A stretch of DNA of 63,549 nt, filler included, from Craspedostauros australis (GCA_030167865.1; 8 parts of 8 records of this genome joined end to end with filler, not necessarily neighbours in it), one strand, 5' to 3'. Positions 1 to 12,927 are shown, numbered from the whole stretch's first letter. A program made the numbers and translations. Notes: generated from the sequence alone by a model not told the origin.

Positions 1-1318
1 TTGCGATCCATGTCTCTGGAAAAGGTTTCGAGCTGGTGTCTCATTTGTGATATGTCATTCTTCATGGATTGCACAGAGGTTGCACCTTCTGGGCTGCATG
101 CCGGTGCTGCCGTCCCCGTTGTTATGGAAGTGAGGCTGGAAGCTTGAGGATTCACCATCGTAGAGGCCCCGGTTGATGAGAGGCTCTTGACTGGTCCGGG
201 TGCGGGTCCTGATGCTGCAGCTGCTTGCCCAAATAGCGGAAACGAAGACGTTGGCGATGATAATGGCGATGATGCTGATGATGAACCCCTGGTGGTGCGT
301 TTGATCTTACCAAGGAGTTCAGGGCGATGGCGTTGGAAGAATTCATGGGCGAAAGATACGGATGTTGTTCCTGATGACCTCGTCGATCTGCGTTTTCTCG
401 TGTTCGATGGCGATGATTGCTGCTGCTGCTGCTGAGTATTACCTGTCTGCGCATGCGTGCCCGCATTCGTCTCGATAGTCTCTGTAATGTTGCGAAGTTT
501 GCGGAAGGAGTAGAAGTTGAGCTGTCTGACGAACGATGTGAATTTGGAATGCTTGAAGTATTTGGGCAGGATTGTCTGAGGGCATGAGACAAGGTGGATG
601 GAATGGCACAATTGGCGATGAAGGCGGTTTGTGTCGTATCCGTGAGTAGCGTGTCAAATAGAGTTGAGTTGAGTAGAATTGAGTTGGGGTGAGAATGGCA
701 CGAGTCACGGCGGGGATTTCCATGCACGGAGTAGATTGGAGGGGCGGGGCAGAGAATGAAAGAACATGAGCGTGCTTGCTCGTCTGCCTCTATGCTCGTC
801 TGCATAAAGATGGGTGCGATCACGCTGAGCGGAACCTCCATTGTGTCTTTGCTCTCAACCACTCTCATCAGCCACATCGTTCCCGTGTTCCATCGTCATC
901 CCGCTTGTACAGCGCAAACCCGTCATGGCCGACAACAGCGCAGCATGTAGCGCACCCAAATGCGAGGGCAAATGGAAGACAAGCAGACTCACCTTGCTGA
1001 ATTCTTCAATGTTGTGAATGGTGAAGTACACGCCATCTGCCGACCAGGAAGCTATTTCTGGATCTGCCTGGTCGATCATGTGGAAGGTTTCTGTTGGTAG
1101 CGGTACGAGCGAAATGCGTGTAGGACGGTGGGAGTGTGAGAGACATGTACCATGCGTCAAGCGCGGGATGATCATGACATGGTTTTCAATCACACCAGTA
1201 CCAATCGGAACGTTGGCGTGCAACACATTTTGGACGCGGCATGGTGGATGGAGCATGGCGGAAGGTCGCACTTACTGGACAGGAACTTGTTGAGCAACCC
1301 CGTTCTATTCCGACTCAT
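1..1318 (-). CDS. Heat-shock-factor (HSF) family transcription factor, 3 exons, 3'-truncated at window start
   Basis: Exons 1318-1276, 1090-993 and 575-1 with GT..AG introns in consistent phase. They join to MSRNRTGLLNKFLSKTFHMIDQADPEIASWSADGVYFTIHNIEEFSKTILPKYFKHSKFTSFVRQLNFYSFRK, the HSF DNA-binding signature; later HEFFQRHRPELLGKIKR. Confidence 0.93.
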
Positions 1319-2805
1319 GGTGTTTGCTGAATTCGCTTGAGTAGAGTATAGTTTGCTGCGCCGCTGTTGATGTCGCTGCTGATGATGCTGCTGATGTTGC
1401 CGCTGCTGCTGTTGATGGTTCTGATGAAAGCCAATCAAACCAGATCGAAATGAAGCAATGTGACGGTCGGGCCTGGCGGGAAAGTCCAAATGTGTGAGAG
1501 CCAAGTTCCGCTTGTTATGAATGTTCTTGCCGATGCTTCCTCTCGTGGGTGCTTCGTTTGGAATGGAACACTCTGCCGTGCTTGCTGTGACGACCGATCT
1601 CTTGGGAACAAGGAGAGACAGAGGCGCAGGTCTGGATGCCTCAGTTCGTCCTTCTTCTTCGTTGCTCTTTCTTTCTTTTCTTTCTTCTTTTTGCTTCACT
1701 CCACTTCCTTGCGTGTGATGCAACAGGCAGGCTTATCCGCTGCTCGATGGTTGTCTCTGGAGGTGTTGTGTTTGGGTCTTGCTATGCAGTGTATGATAGT
1801 ATCGTCTGGTGCAGCTGTACCCCTTGTCGAGCAGAGTGTTGGTGGCCAAGTGGAGTATTCTCGCATCCGTGTCTCCGATTGTTGCACTTGCGCCGGTGCT
1901 TGCCTCTGCCTTTGGCTTTGCGTTCTTGGGTCCGAGTATCGCCGAGCGGGGTACGACTACTTGTGTGTGTTTCACCGGTGATGATGTGGGTGGTTCCCGA
2001 AACATTTCATCTCGGTTCATCGCCCGCTCTTCGATTTTGGGGAAACGTCAAGGAGTTCACCCGACTTCGCATCCGTGTCAAACAACGCAGGCCAACCAAA
2101 CCAACCCAATTGCCTTCCATCCTGTTCCCTCAGAGAACGAGCTGACGCAACGCGAACAACAAAGAAAGGGATTGAAGGTATCGAGTTTCCACGGTCGATG
2201 GCAAGACGCTATGTCAATACGACTAAATCGACCACAATCAAACGGGATTGAGTCTACCCTATTCGTGCCACAACAAAACGCAATTCCGAACGTCGCACAA
2301 ACGCTGCGTTGGCGCAAAAGCAGAACAAAAACAAATTCCGTGTCAGAACTGAGACGAATGAGCGTCGGCAGATACCAAATTCCGATGATGGCAACAGGAG
2401 CGCGGACACATCAAGAGGAAGCCTCGTGAACTTCTCACGGACGCAGCCACACAGACTTCTTCTTGGCTCTCTTCAACCAAACGTGCACAGGAATTGTATC
2501 CTTGATGATGGGAGACAAAGTACGGAGAATGATCGACAGAGCCTCATGGGCAGAACAGCGCAACTACCGCAGTGAATGATGTGATCTCACAGAGTACTGG
2601 CACGAATGCGAGTGGCATCATGCACATCAGACTCAAAAACGACCTGGAGAGCCATTAATTGGAACAGATCCACCACGCTCCTCTCTTCTCCAGCATTCGC
2701 AGTATTTCTCTTGCTCCATCCATACTCTATCCATACTCTATCCATACTCTCATCACTCTACCAATACCAATACCAATTCTCTTGTCTGCGAAGAGCACGT
2801 TCACC

Positions 2806-4713
2806 ATGACGACATCCGAGGAATCCAGCCAGACTTCGTCAACGACGTTATCACGCATCGCACCGTTGGCATTCGTCCTCATGAATTCGTTGGCAGCGGG
2901 CGGAGTCGAGTACGGCTTCGGACTCTTCGCCAACGACATCAGGTTGCTCCACCATCTCTCGCAGGATCAGATCAACACCATCAGCTCGGTCACTTTTTGT
3001 TCTGGCATCTTCAGCTGGGTGCCAGGACTCGTGCTCGATTACTTCGGCATCCGATTTGCGTTCCTGGTCGCCGCAACCATGTGCCTCGTTTCGGGCCTTC
3101 AATTCTGGTCCATCGCGAGGGCACCGTACGATCCCGATGACGACAAGAACTTCCTCATCGCCCAGCTTTCCGTGCTCGGCATGATCCTCTTCATGGGTGC
3201 CACCATGACGTCAGGATGCGGGTTCAAGACGGTGGCCCTGCTCAGCGATCCAAAGCAGGAGGGCAGCATCATCGGCATTGCGAAAGGCTACACTGGCATC
3301 GGTGCCGGAGCCTACACCTGCATCTTCGAAGCGTTGCGGCGGCACAGGAACAGCGGCGTCATCCTTGGCGGCGCGACGGCGTTGACGGTGCTGGATGAAT
3401 CCAACTTGGGCTACCTGCTGGTTGCGGGTGTCGGGACCGCCCTCCTCACATTTCCGGCTCTGTGGTTCATCCCGTCCCATCGGGTCATGGAGGGACCGAT
3501 GAAGATCGTTGGGACCTTCACTTCCGCTCACACCAACGTCATGTACGCTGGTCTCGTTCTGCTGGCTGCAGGCGTCCTCGTGACGAGCTCGCGCTTTGTC
3601 GACGACAGCAATGGCGACAATCACGCTGATGTGGATGCCGGTGACATCACAGTGTCACCCACTCTGAATGATGAATTCCTGAACAACTACGGATACTACG
3701 TCGCAGCGGCCATCGTTATTCTGTGGGTCGCACCGGCTTCCATCGTCGCGACGTGCATGGCAGAGCCGGCAGCGTCTTCTGAACATAATAATAATAATAA
3801 TGGCGGCAGCATCATGAACGACGTCGAAGACTCGATCGCAAGCGACATGGAGAAGCAGCGGCAGCCATCGTCAGAACGTACCGCGCTGCTCAAACAGGCG
3901 TCTACTGCGATCACCGAGCTGGCAGAAAGCTTCTACGGAGACGAGCACGACGATGGCAACATCACCACGATCAGCTCCGACAAGAAGTCAGACCTCAGTC
4001 TCTTTCAAGCATTGCAAACGCCGGAACTGTGGCTCATGTTCCACTGCACCGTCATCGTGGTGGGCAGCGGGACCGTCATTACCAACAACGTCAGCGCCAT
4101 CGTCGAATCTCGCATGCTGCCCAGCAACATGACATCCGTCGCCACATCCGTCTTCAGCGTCGCCCAATCCGCATCGCGTGTCATCGCAGGGCTGCTGACG
4201 GAAGTGGCGGCGAAGAATCACGCCAAGAACAAGAAGGTCGCCAGCGGTTCTCTTGATTGGTTCGGATGGCATTCCCGACCGTCCTTCTTGTCGTTGGCAG
4301 CATTCATCGGAGCGCTGGCGCATGGCATCCTTGCTATTCCCGGCCTTGGATCCGGCGGCTTCATCGTCGGCGTTGCCCTGTCCGGCATCGCGTTCGGCAC
4401 TGTGTGGCCCGTGATGGTGTTGGTCGTTGGTGACGTCTTTGGCAAAGCCAACCTGGGTGCCATCTACCTTTGGTTCGATGGTTCCACGCTGGCCTTCGGC
4501 TCGTTGTTCTTGTCCAAGCTCCTTTCGCAGTACGTCTACGAGCAACACAGGTTGTACCCCAACCTCGACGCGATGGGCGACGCCGACACCTCGTCGTGTT
4601 TCGGTGATGGATGCTTTCAACTGACGCACATCATCATCACATTGCTGTGCTTGGCGGCCACCGTGTCACCCATTGAACTTTCGAGACGGACCCACAATCG
4701 TTCCATTCGCTGA
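2806..4713 (+). CDS. Major facilitator superfamily transporter (nodulin-like/NFD4-type)
   Basis: Intronless ORF, first ATG at 2806. About 12 hydrophobic segments in two halves around a hydrophilic loop; motifs GLVLDYFG, GIAKGYTGIG and DVFGKANLG; C-terminal CFGDGCF typical of nodulin-like MFS proteins. Confidence 0.85.
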   Translation: MTTSEESSQTSSTTLSRIAPLAFVLMNSLAAGGVEYGFGLFANDIRLLHHLSQDQINTISSVTFCSGIFSWVPGLVLDYFGIRFAFLVAATMCLVSGLQFWSIARAPYDPDDDKNFLIAQLSVLGMILFMGATMTSGCGFKTVALLSDPKQEGSIIGIAKGYTGIGAGAYTCIFEALRRHRNSGVILGGATALTVLDESNLGYLLVAGVGTALLTFPALWFIPSHRVMEGPMKIVGTFTSAHTNVMYAGLVLLAAGVLVTSSRFVDDSNGDNHADVDAGDITVSPTLNDEFLNNYGYYVAAAIVILWVAPASIVATCMAEPAASSEHNNNNNGGSIMNDVEDSIASDMEKQRQPSSERTALLKQASTAITELAESFYGDEHDDGNITTISSDKKSDLSLFQALQTPELWLMFHCTVIVVGSGTVITNNVSAIVESRMLPSNMTSVATSVFSVAQSASRVIAGLLTEVAAKNHAKNKKVASGSLDWFGWHSRPSFLSLAAFIGALAHGILAIPGLGSGGFIVGVALSGIAFGTVWPVMVLVVGDVFGKANLGAIYLWFDGSTLAFGSLFLSKLLSQYVYEQHRLYPNLDAMGDADTSSCFGDGCFQLTHIIITLLCLAATVSPIELSRRTHNRSIR

Positions 4714-5767
4714 CTGCCACGGAAAGCAAATCGTCGGCTCCTGCTCGTACTTGCAATGCAACATTGGAGGAAGAGGAGACTTGGATGTTGGCTAGATTAC
4801 CATACAACACAATCACATGTGCCCCATCATTATGTAACATATTCCGCTCTCTCTCTCTCTCCAGACGTATGCGATAGTCTCATGACGACGTATCAAGACT
4901 CTGCTATTCCTCGCATCTCCAATGCGTTGACTGTTGTTGCTCCTCGGCTCTACACTCTATCTCCCCTTGTATTGCATGATCCATACGACCTCAACGTCAA
5001 CATTCATGATTTCACAAACAGACGGATGGTGTAAGTATGCACGTTGAAAACTACAACATCTGTGTCAAACAGACAACCGTATTATTGGCCTATCAGACAT
5101 GTCGCAGAGCGACATAACACGGATCCAGAATCAGCCTGGCAATAAATCATCAACTGTGACTCGGCTCTACTCCCACCTCACAATTCGTTGCTCTCGCGGC
5201 GCCACTAACAGTGACCAACGCTGATCCAAAGGCGAAGAAAATGCATGCAGGAAGAGATGACTTTCTGCTCCTCACGTTTCATAAACTCCGACGTTGCTGC
5301 ACGCCATAAATCTCCCAATAAATCTCAAGGCCATGAAACGATGACGCAGCATGGCAAAGCGGTGCAAGTCGAATGCAACAACACCAATGAAAGCAACAGG
5401 TGCCAAGGGATCAATCAAAGACCACGACCACGCAATGCAGTTCAAATCGAACGAGCAACGCCTCTCATCGTTGTCGAGACAATCTTCTCTCTTGGACAAA
5501 TGCACGAACAAACAACGGGATTGATGAAACATGCACAACAACAATGACAACATCAACATCGACATCGACATCGACAAAACCACAACACCAACGACCACAG
5601 TCAACGCACCTTGGGCATTTCCTCATTTGGGAAGCTCATAAAAACAGAGAGCAAGCAAACAAACAATCACATCGACACACAACCGCACACGAAACACACA
5701 AACACTCCAACACACACGCAACTCAAAGCCACCAGCAGCAGCAACAACAACAACAATAATAGGAAAC

Positions 5768-6319
5768 ATGGCCTTCATCAAACCAATCCAAGTTGCCGCC
5801 ACCGTCATCCGCAAGGTGCAGAACTCACAGGGCAACATGGTCGCAACCACCGGCACTGCCAAGACCTCCTCGGCAGTCACCGTGACGAAGGCTATCCCCG
5901 ATGTCATCCAGAAGATCACGGAGATGAAGATCCCCACCGTCGCCATGGGAGTGCTGCTGCTGGGTGTCGCGGCGTTCGGCGTTCACATGGTGGTCGGCGA
6001 TATCAAGACGGTTATCATATCGGTCCAGACGGCCATCACCAAGATAATAGAGAAGGCGACGAACGGAGGGACTGAGGCTGTCGTCAAGGTCGAGGAGAAA
6101 TTCTGGGATCTGATGTACGCGAAGAGCAAGGAGCTGCTGGATTACGTGGCGAAGTCGGTCTTCGGAATGAAGATGACGGATCTGGCGCAGTACATGGGCG
6201 GTCGATTCGATTCCGTCACGAAATGGTTCGTCTACATGAACAAGTTCGTCGAGATCGTGAGCAGGTTCTTTTCGAAAACCAAAGCAGGTCAGGCCGCGGT
6301 TCCTGCGAAGAGCAAATGA
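5768..6319 (+). CDS. Hypothetical 183-aa protein with one hydrophobic segment
   Basis: ATG follows a CAA-rich leader; strong G/C-ending codon bias; hydrophobic stretch IPTVAMGVLLLGVAAFGVHMVVG. No family recognised. Confidence 0.7.
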   Translation: MAFIKPIQVAATVIRKVQNSQGNMVATTGTAKTSSAVTVTKAIPDVIQKITEMKIPTVAMGVLLLGVAAFGVHMVVGDIKTVIISVQTAITKIIEKATNGGTEAVVKVEEKFWDLMYAKSKELLDYVAKSVFGMKMTDLAQYMGGRFDSVTKWFVYMNKFVEIVSRFFSKTKAGQAAVPAKSK

Positions 6320-6508
6320 TCACACCTCGGAGCAACGCAACGCAGCGCAAAGAACCTACCTCAGAGCACGCGATCAAACAAACCATAGAGTCCCATAAAA
6401 TGACAGAATAATGTACTATGTAATTTTATGACCCGCTGCAGCCAAAACGTTACGCTCAAGTCGGAAGCGCATCACGGATCGGGTATCTAGCCACATCAGC
6501 CTCTTCCT

Positions 6509-6608
6509 NNNNNNNNNNNNNNNNNNNNNNNNNNNNNNNNNNNNNNNNNNNNTTAATTAATTAANNNNNNNNNNNNNNNNNNNNNNNNNNNNNNNNNNNN
6601 NNNNNNNN
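6509..6608. other. Artificial contig spacer N44-TTAATTAATTAA-N44 (also 17882-17981, 23400-23499, 26541-26640, 45257-45356, 59799-59898, 62175-62274)
   Basis: Identical 100-nt linker with stops in all six frames, seen 7 times. Plain N gaps at 23121-23181 and 61918-62005. Confidence 0.98.
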
Positions 6609-7926
6609 TTGCGATCCATGTCTCTGGAAAAGGTTTCGAGCTGGTGTCTCATTTGTGATATGTCATTCTTCATGGATTGCACAGAGGTTGCACCTTCTGG
6701 GCTGCATGCCGGTGCTGCCGTCCCCGTTGTTATGGAAGTGAGGCTGGAAGCTTGAGGATTCACCATCGTAGAGGCCCCGGTTGATGAGAGGCTCTTGACT
6801 GGTCCGGGTGCGGGTCCTGATGCTGCAGCTGCTTGCCCAAATAGCGGAAACGAAGACGTTGGCGATGATAATGGCGATGATGCTGATGATGAACCCCTGG
6901 TGGTGCGTTTGATCTTACCAAGGAGTTCAGGGCGATGGCGTTGGAAGAATTCATGGGCGAAAGATACGGATGTTGTTCCTGATGACCTCGTCGATCTGCG
7001 TTTTCTCGTGTTCGATGGCGATGATTGCTGCTGCTGCTGCTGAGTATTACCTGTCTGCGCATGCGTGCCCGCATTCGTCTCGATAGTCTCTGTAATGTTG
7101 CGAAGTTTGCGGAAGGAGTAGAAGTTGAGCTGTCTGACGAACGATGTGAATTTGGAATGCTTGAAGTATTTGGGCAGGATTGTCTGAGGGCATGAGACAA
7201 GGTGGATGGAATGGCACAATTGGCGATGAAGGCGGTTTGTGTCGTATCCGTGAGTAGCGTGTCAAATAGAGTTGAGTTGAGTAGAATTGAGTTGGGGTGA
7301 GAATGGCACGAGTCACGGCGGGGATTTCCATGCACGGAGTAGATTGGAGGGGCGGGGCAGAGAATGAAAGAACATGAGCGTGCTTGCTCGTCTGCCTCTA
7401 TGCTCGTCTGCATAAAGATGGGTGCGATCACGCTGAGCGGAACCTCCATTGTGTCTTTGCTCTCAACCACTCTCATCAGCCACATCGTTCCCGTGTTCCA
7501 TCGTCATCCCGCTTGTACAGCGCAAACCCGTCATGGCCGACAACAGCGCAGCATGTAGCGCACCCAAATGCGAGGGCAAATGGAAGACAAGCAGACTCAC
7601 CTTGCTGAATTCTTCAATGTTGTGAATGGTGAAGTACACGCCATCTGCCGACCAGGAAGCTATTTCTGGATCTGCCTGGTCGATCATGTGGAAGGTTTCT
7701 GTTGGTAGCGGTACGAGCGAAATGCGTGTAGGACGGTGGGAGTGTGAGAGACATGTACCATGCGTCAAGCGCGGGATGATCATGACATGGTTTTCAATCA
7801 CACCAGTACCAATCGGAACGTTGGCGTGCAACACATTTTGGACGCGGCATGGTGGATGGAGCATGGCGGAAGGTCGCACTTACTGGACAGGAACTTGTTG
7901 AGCAACCCCGTTCTATTCCGACTCAT
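6609..7926 (-). CDS. HSF family transcription factor, second assembled copy, 3'-truncated at contig start
   Basis: Matches 1-1318; exons 7926-7884, 7698-7601 and 7183-6609. Confidence 0.93.
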
Positions 7927-9413
7927 GGTGTTTGCTGAATTCGCTTGAGTAGAGTATAGTTTGCTGCGCCGCTGTTGATGTCGCTGCTGATGATGCTGCT
8001 GATGTTGCCGCTGCTGCTGTTGATGGTTCTGATGAAAGCCAATCAAACCAGATCGAAATGAAGCAATGTGACGGTCGGGCCTGGCGGGAAAGTCCAAATG
8101 TGTGAGAGCCAAGTTCCGCTTGTTATGAATGTTCTTGCCGATGCTTCCTCTCGTGGGTGCTTCGTTTGGAATGGAACACTCTGCCGTGCTTGCTGTGACG
8201 ACCGATCTCTTGGGAACAAGGAGAGACAGAGGCGCAGGTCTGGATGCCTCAGTTCGTCCTTCTTCTTCGTTGCTCTTTCTTTCTTTTCTTTCTTCTTTTT
8301 GCTTCACTCCACTTCCTTGCGTGTGATGCAACAGGCAGGCTTATCCGCTGCTCGATGGTTGTCTCTGGAGGTGTTGTGTTTGGGTCTTGCTATGCAGTGT
8401 ATGATAGTATCGTCTGGTGCAGCTGTACCCCTTGTCGAGCAGAGTGTTGGTGGCCAAGTGGAGTATTCTCGCATCCGTGTCTCCGATTGTTGCACTTGCG
8501 CCGGTGCTTGCCTCTGCCTTTGGCTTTGCGTTCTTGGGTCCGAGTATCGCCGAGCGGGGTACGACTACTTGTGTGTGTTTCACCGGTGATGATGTGGGTG
8601 GTTCCCGAAACATTTCATCTCGGTTCATCGCCCGCTCTTCGATTTTGGGGAAACGTCAAGGAGTTCACCCGACTTCGCATCCGTGTCAAACAACGCAGGC
8701 CAACCAAACCAACCCAATTGCCTTCCATCCTGTTCCCTCAGAGAACGAGCTGACGCAACGCGAACAACAAAGAAAGGGATTGAAGGTATCGAGTTTCCAC
8801 GGTCGATGGCAAGACGCTATGTCAATACGACTAAATCGACCACAATCAAACGGGATTGAGTCTACCCTATTCGTGCCACAACAAAACGCAATTCCGAACG
8901 TCGCACAAACGCTGCGTTGGCGCAAAAGCAGAACAAAAACAAATTCCGTGTCAGAACTGAGACGAATGAGCGTCGGCAGATACCAAATTCCGATGATGGC
9001 AACAGGAGCGCGGACACATCAAGAGGAAGCCTCGTGAACTTCTCACGGACGCAGCCACACAGACTTCTTCTTGGCTCTCTTCAACCAAACGTGCACAGGA
9101 ATTGTATCCTTGATGATGGGAGACAAAGTACGGAGAATGATCGACAGAGCCTCATGGGCAGAACAGCGCAACTACCGCAGTGAATGATGTGATCTCACAG
9201 AGTACTGGCACGAATGCGAGTGGCATCATGCACATCAGACTCAAAAACGACCTGGAGAGCCATTAATTGGAACAGATCCACCACGCTCCTCTCTTCTCCA
9301 GCATTCGCAGTATTTCTCTTGCTCCATCCATACTCTATCCATACTCTATCCATACTCTCATCACTCTACCAATACCAATACCAATTCTCTTGTCTGCGAA
9401 GAGCACGTTCACC

Positions 9414-11321
9414 ATGACGACATCCGAGGAATCCAGCCAGACTTCGTCAACGACGTTATCACGCATCGCACCGTTGGCATTCGTCCTCATGAATTCGTTG
9501 GCAGCGGGCGGAGTCGAGTACGGCTTCGGACTCTTCGCCAACGACATCAGGTTGCTCCACCATCTCTCGCAGGATCAGATCAACACCATCAGCTCGGTCA
9601 CTTTTTGTTCTGGCATCTTCAGCTGGGTGCCAGGACTCGTGCTCGATTACTTCGGCATCCGATTTGCGTTCCTGGTCGCCGCAACCATGTGCCTCGTTTC
9701 GGGCCTTCAATTCTGGTCCATCGCGAGGGCACCGTACGATCCCGATGACGACAAGAACTTCCTCATCGCCCAGCTTTCCGTGCTCGGCATGATCCTCTTC
9801 ATGGGTGCCACCATGACGTCAGGATGCGGGTTCAAGACGGTGGCCCTGCTCAGCGATCCAAAGCAGGAGGGCAGCATCATCGGCATTGCGAAAGGCTACA
9901 CTGGCATCGGTGCCGGAGCCTACACCTGCATCTTCGAAGCGTTGCGGCGGCACAGGAACAGCGGCGTCATCCTTGGCGGCGCGACGGCGTTGACGGTGCT
10001 GGATGAATCCAACTTGGGCTACCTGCTGGTTGCGGGTGTCGGGACCGCCCTCCTCACATTTCCGGCTCTGTGGTTCATCCCGTCCCATCGGGTCATGGAG
10101 GGACCGATGAAGATCGTTGGGACCTTCACTTCCGCTCACACCAACGTCATGTACGCTGGTCTCGTTCTGCTGGCTGCAGGCGTCCTCGTGACGAGCTCGC
10201 GCTTTGTCGACGACAGCAATGGCGACAATCACGCTGATGTGGATGCCGGTGACATCACAGTGTCACCCACTCTGAATGATGAATTCCTGAACAACTACGG
10301 ATACTACGTCGCAGCGGCCATCGTTATTCTGTGGGTCGCACCGGCTTCCATCGTCGCGACGTGCATGGCAGAGCCGGCAGCGTCTTCTGAACATAATAAT
10401 AATAATAATGGCGGCAGCATCATGAACGACGTCGAAGACTCGATCGCAAGCGACATGGAGAAGCAGCGGCAGCCATCGTCAGAACGTACCGCGCTGCTCA
10501 AACAGGCGTCTACTGCGATCACCGAGCTGGCAGAAAGCTTCTACGGAGACGAGCACGACGATGGCAACATCACCACGATCAGCTCCGACAAGAAGTCAGA
10601 CCTCAGTCTCTTTCAAGCATTGCAAACGCCGGAACTGTGGCTCATGTTCCACTGCACCGTCATCGTGGTGGGCAGCGGGACCGTCATTACCAACAACGTC
10701 AGCGCCATCGTCGAATCTCGCATGCTGCCCAGCAACATGACATCCGTCGCCACATCCGTCTTCAGCGTCGCCCAATCCGCATCGCGTGTCATCGCAGGGC
10801 TGCTGACGGAAGTGGCGGCGAAGAATCACGCCAAGAACAAGAAGGTCGCCAGCGGTTCTCTTGATTGGTTCGGATGGCATTCCCGACCGTCCTTCTTGTC
10901 GTTGGCAGCATTCATCGGAGCGCTGGCGCATGGCATCCTTGCTATTCCCGGCCTTGGATCCGGCGGCTTCATCGTCGGCGTTGCCCTGTCCGGCATCGCG
11001 TTCGGCACTGTGTGGCCCGTGATGGTGTTGGTCGTTGGTGACGTCTTTGGCAAAGCCAACCTGGGTGCCATCTACCTTTGGTTCGATGGTTCCACGCTGG
11101 CCTTCGGCTCGTTGTTCTTGTCCAAGCTCCTTTCGCAGTACGTCTACGAGCAACACAGGTTGTACCCCAACCTCGACGCGATGGGCGACGCCGACACCTC
11201 GTCGTGTTTCGGTGATGGATGCTTTCAACTGACGCACATCATCATCACATTGCTGTGCTTGGCGGCCACCGTGTCACCCATTGAACTTTCGAGACGGACC
11301 CACAATCGTTCCATTCGCTGA
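9414..11321 (+). CDS. MFS nodulin-like transporter, second assembled copy
   Basis: Translation identical to 2806-4713. Confidence 0.85.
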   Translation: MTTSEESSQTSSTTLSRIAPLAFVLMNSLAAGGVEYGFGLFANDIRLLHHLSQDQINTISSVTFCSGIFSWVPGLVLDYFGIRFAFLVAATMCLVSGLQFWSIARAPYDPDDDKNFLIAQLSVLGMILFMGATMTSGCGFKTVALLSDPKQEGSIIGIAKGYTGIGAGAYTCIFEALRRHRNSGVILGGATALTVLDESNLGYLLVAGVGTALLTFPALWFIPSHRVMEGPMKIVGTFTSAHTNVMYAGLVLLAAGVLVTSSRFVDDSNGDNHADVDAGDITVSPTLNDEFLNNYGYYVAAAIVILWVAPASIVATCMAEPAASSEHNNNNNGGSIMNDVEDSIASDMEKQRQPSSERTALLKQASTAITELAESFYGDEHDDGNITTISSDKKSDLSLFQALQTPELWLMFHCTVIVVGSGTVITNNVSAIVESRMLPSNMTSVATSVFSVAQSASRVIAGLLTEVAAKNHAKNKKVASGSLDWFGWHSRPSFLSLAAFIGALAHGILAIPGLGSGGFIVGVALSGIAFGTVWPVMVLVVGDVFGKANLGAIYLWFDGSTLAFGSLFLSKLLSQYVYEQHRLYPNLDAMGDADTSSCFGDGCFQLTHIIITLLCLAATVSPIELSRRTHNRSIR

Positions 11322-12375
11322 CTGCCACGGAAAGCAAATCGTCGGCTCCTGCTCGTACTTGCAATGCAACATTGGAGGAAGAGGAGACTTGGATGTTGGC
11401 TAGATTACCATACAACACAATCACATGTGCCCCATCATTATGTAACATATTCCGCTCTCTCTCTCTCTCCAGACGTATGCGATAGTCTCATGACGACGTA
11501 TCAAGACTCTGCTATTCCTCGCATCTCCAATGCGTTGACTGTTGTTGCTCCTCGGCTCTACACTCTATCTCCCCTTGTATTGCATGATCCATACGACCTC
11601 AACGTCAACATTCATGATTTCACAAACAGACGGATGGTGTAAGTATGCACGTTGAAAACTACAACATCTGTGTCAAACAGACAACCGTATTATTGGCCTA
11701 TCAGACATGTCGCAGAGCGACATAACACGGATCCAGAATCAGCCTGGCAATAAATCATCAACTGTGACTCGGCTCTACTCCCACCTCACAATTCGTTGCT
11801 CTCGCGGCGCCACTAACAGTGACCAACGCTGATCCAAAGGCGAAGAAAATGCATGCAGGAAGAGATGACTTTCTGCTCCTCACGTTTCATAAACTCCGAC
11901 GTTGCTGCACGCCATAAATCTCCCAATAAATCTCAAGGCCATGAAACGATGACGCAGCATGGCAAAGCGGTGCAAGTCGAATGCAACAACACCAATGAAA
12001 GCAACAGGTGCCAAGGGATCAATCAAAGACCACGACCACGCAATGCAGTTCAAATCGAACGAGCAACGCCTCTCATCGTTGTCGAGACAATCTTCTCTCT
12101 TGGACAAATGCACGAACAAACAACGGGATTGATGAAACATGCACAACAACAATGACAACATCAACATCGACATCGACATCGACAAAACCACAACACCAAC
12201 GACCACAGTCAACGCACCTTGGGCATTTCCTCATTTGGGAAGCTCATAAAAACAGAGAGCAAGCAAACAAACAATCACATCGACACACAACCGCACACGA
12301 AACACACAAACACTCCAACACACACGCAACTCAAAGCCACCAGCAGCAGCAACAACAACAACAATAATAGGAAAC

Positions 12376-12927
12376 ATGGCCTTCATCAAACCAATCCAAG
12401 TTGCCGCCACCGTCATCCGCAAGGTGCAGAACTCACAGGGCAACATGGTCGCAACCACCGGCACTGCCAAGACCTCCTCGGCAGTCACCGTGACGAAGGC
12501 TATCCCCGATGTCATCCAGAAGATCACGGAGATGAAGATCCCCACCGTCGCCATGGGAGTGCTGCTGCTGGGTGTCGCGGCGTTCGGCGTTCACATGGTG
12601 GTCGGCGATATCAAGACGGTTATCATATCGGTCCAGACGGCCATCACCAAGATAATAGAGAAGGCGACGAACGGAGGGACTGAGGCTGTCGTCAAGGTCG
12701 AGGAGAAATTCTGGGATCTGATGTACGCGAAGAGCAAGGAGCTGCTGGATTACGTGGCGAAGTCGGTCTTCGGAATGAAGATGACGGATCTGGCGCAGTA
12801 CATGGGCGGTCGATTCGATTCCGTCACGAAATGGTTCGTCTACATGAACAAGTTCGTCGAGGTCGTGAGCAGGTTCTTTTCGAAAACCAAAGCGGGTCAG
12901 GCCGCGGTTCCTGCGAAGAGCAAATGA
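12376..12927 (+). CDS. Hypothetical 183-aa protein, second copy (one I>V change)
   Basis: Same as 5768-6319 except VEIVS vs VEVVS and one silent change. Confidence 0.7.
   Translation: MAFIKPIQVAATVIRKVQNSQGNMVATTGTAKTSSAVTVTKAIPDVIQKITEMKIPTVAMGVLLLGVAAFGVHMVVGDIKTVIISVQTAITKIIEKATNGGTEAVVKVEEKFWDLMYAKSKELLDYVAKSVFGMKMTDLAQYMGGRFDSVTKWFVYMNKFVEVVSRFFSKTKAGQAAVPAKSK

Larger units (their letters stand above)
1..6420 (+). repeat. Near-identical copy of 6609-13030 (offset 6608)
   Basis: Same ORF set at +6608. First differences seen at 6254 (A vs G 12862) and 6286 (A vs G 12894); similarity is lost after about 6430. Confidence 0.95.

Noticed and set aside
1460..2600. Overlapping 170-200 aa ORFs between HSF and MFS
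   Set aside because: Low-complexity, no motifs or codon bias; fits a divergent promoter and UTR region.
6509..6608. Recurring TTAATTAATTAA palindrome within N runs
   Set aside because: Artificial six-frame-stop contig linker; adjacency across it has no biological meaning.
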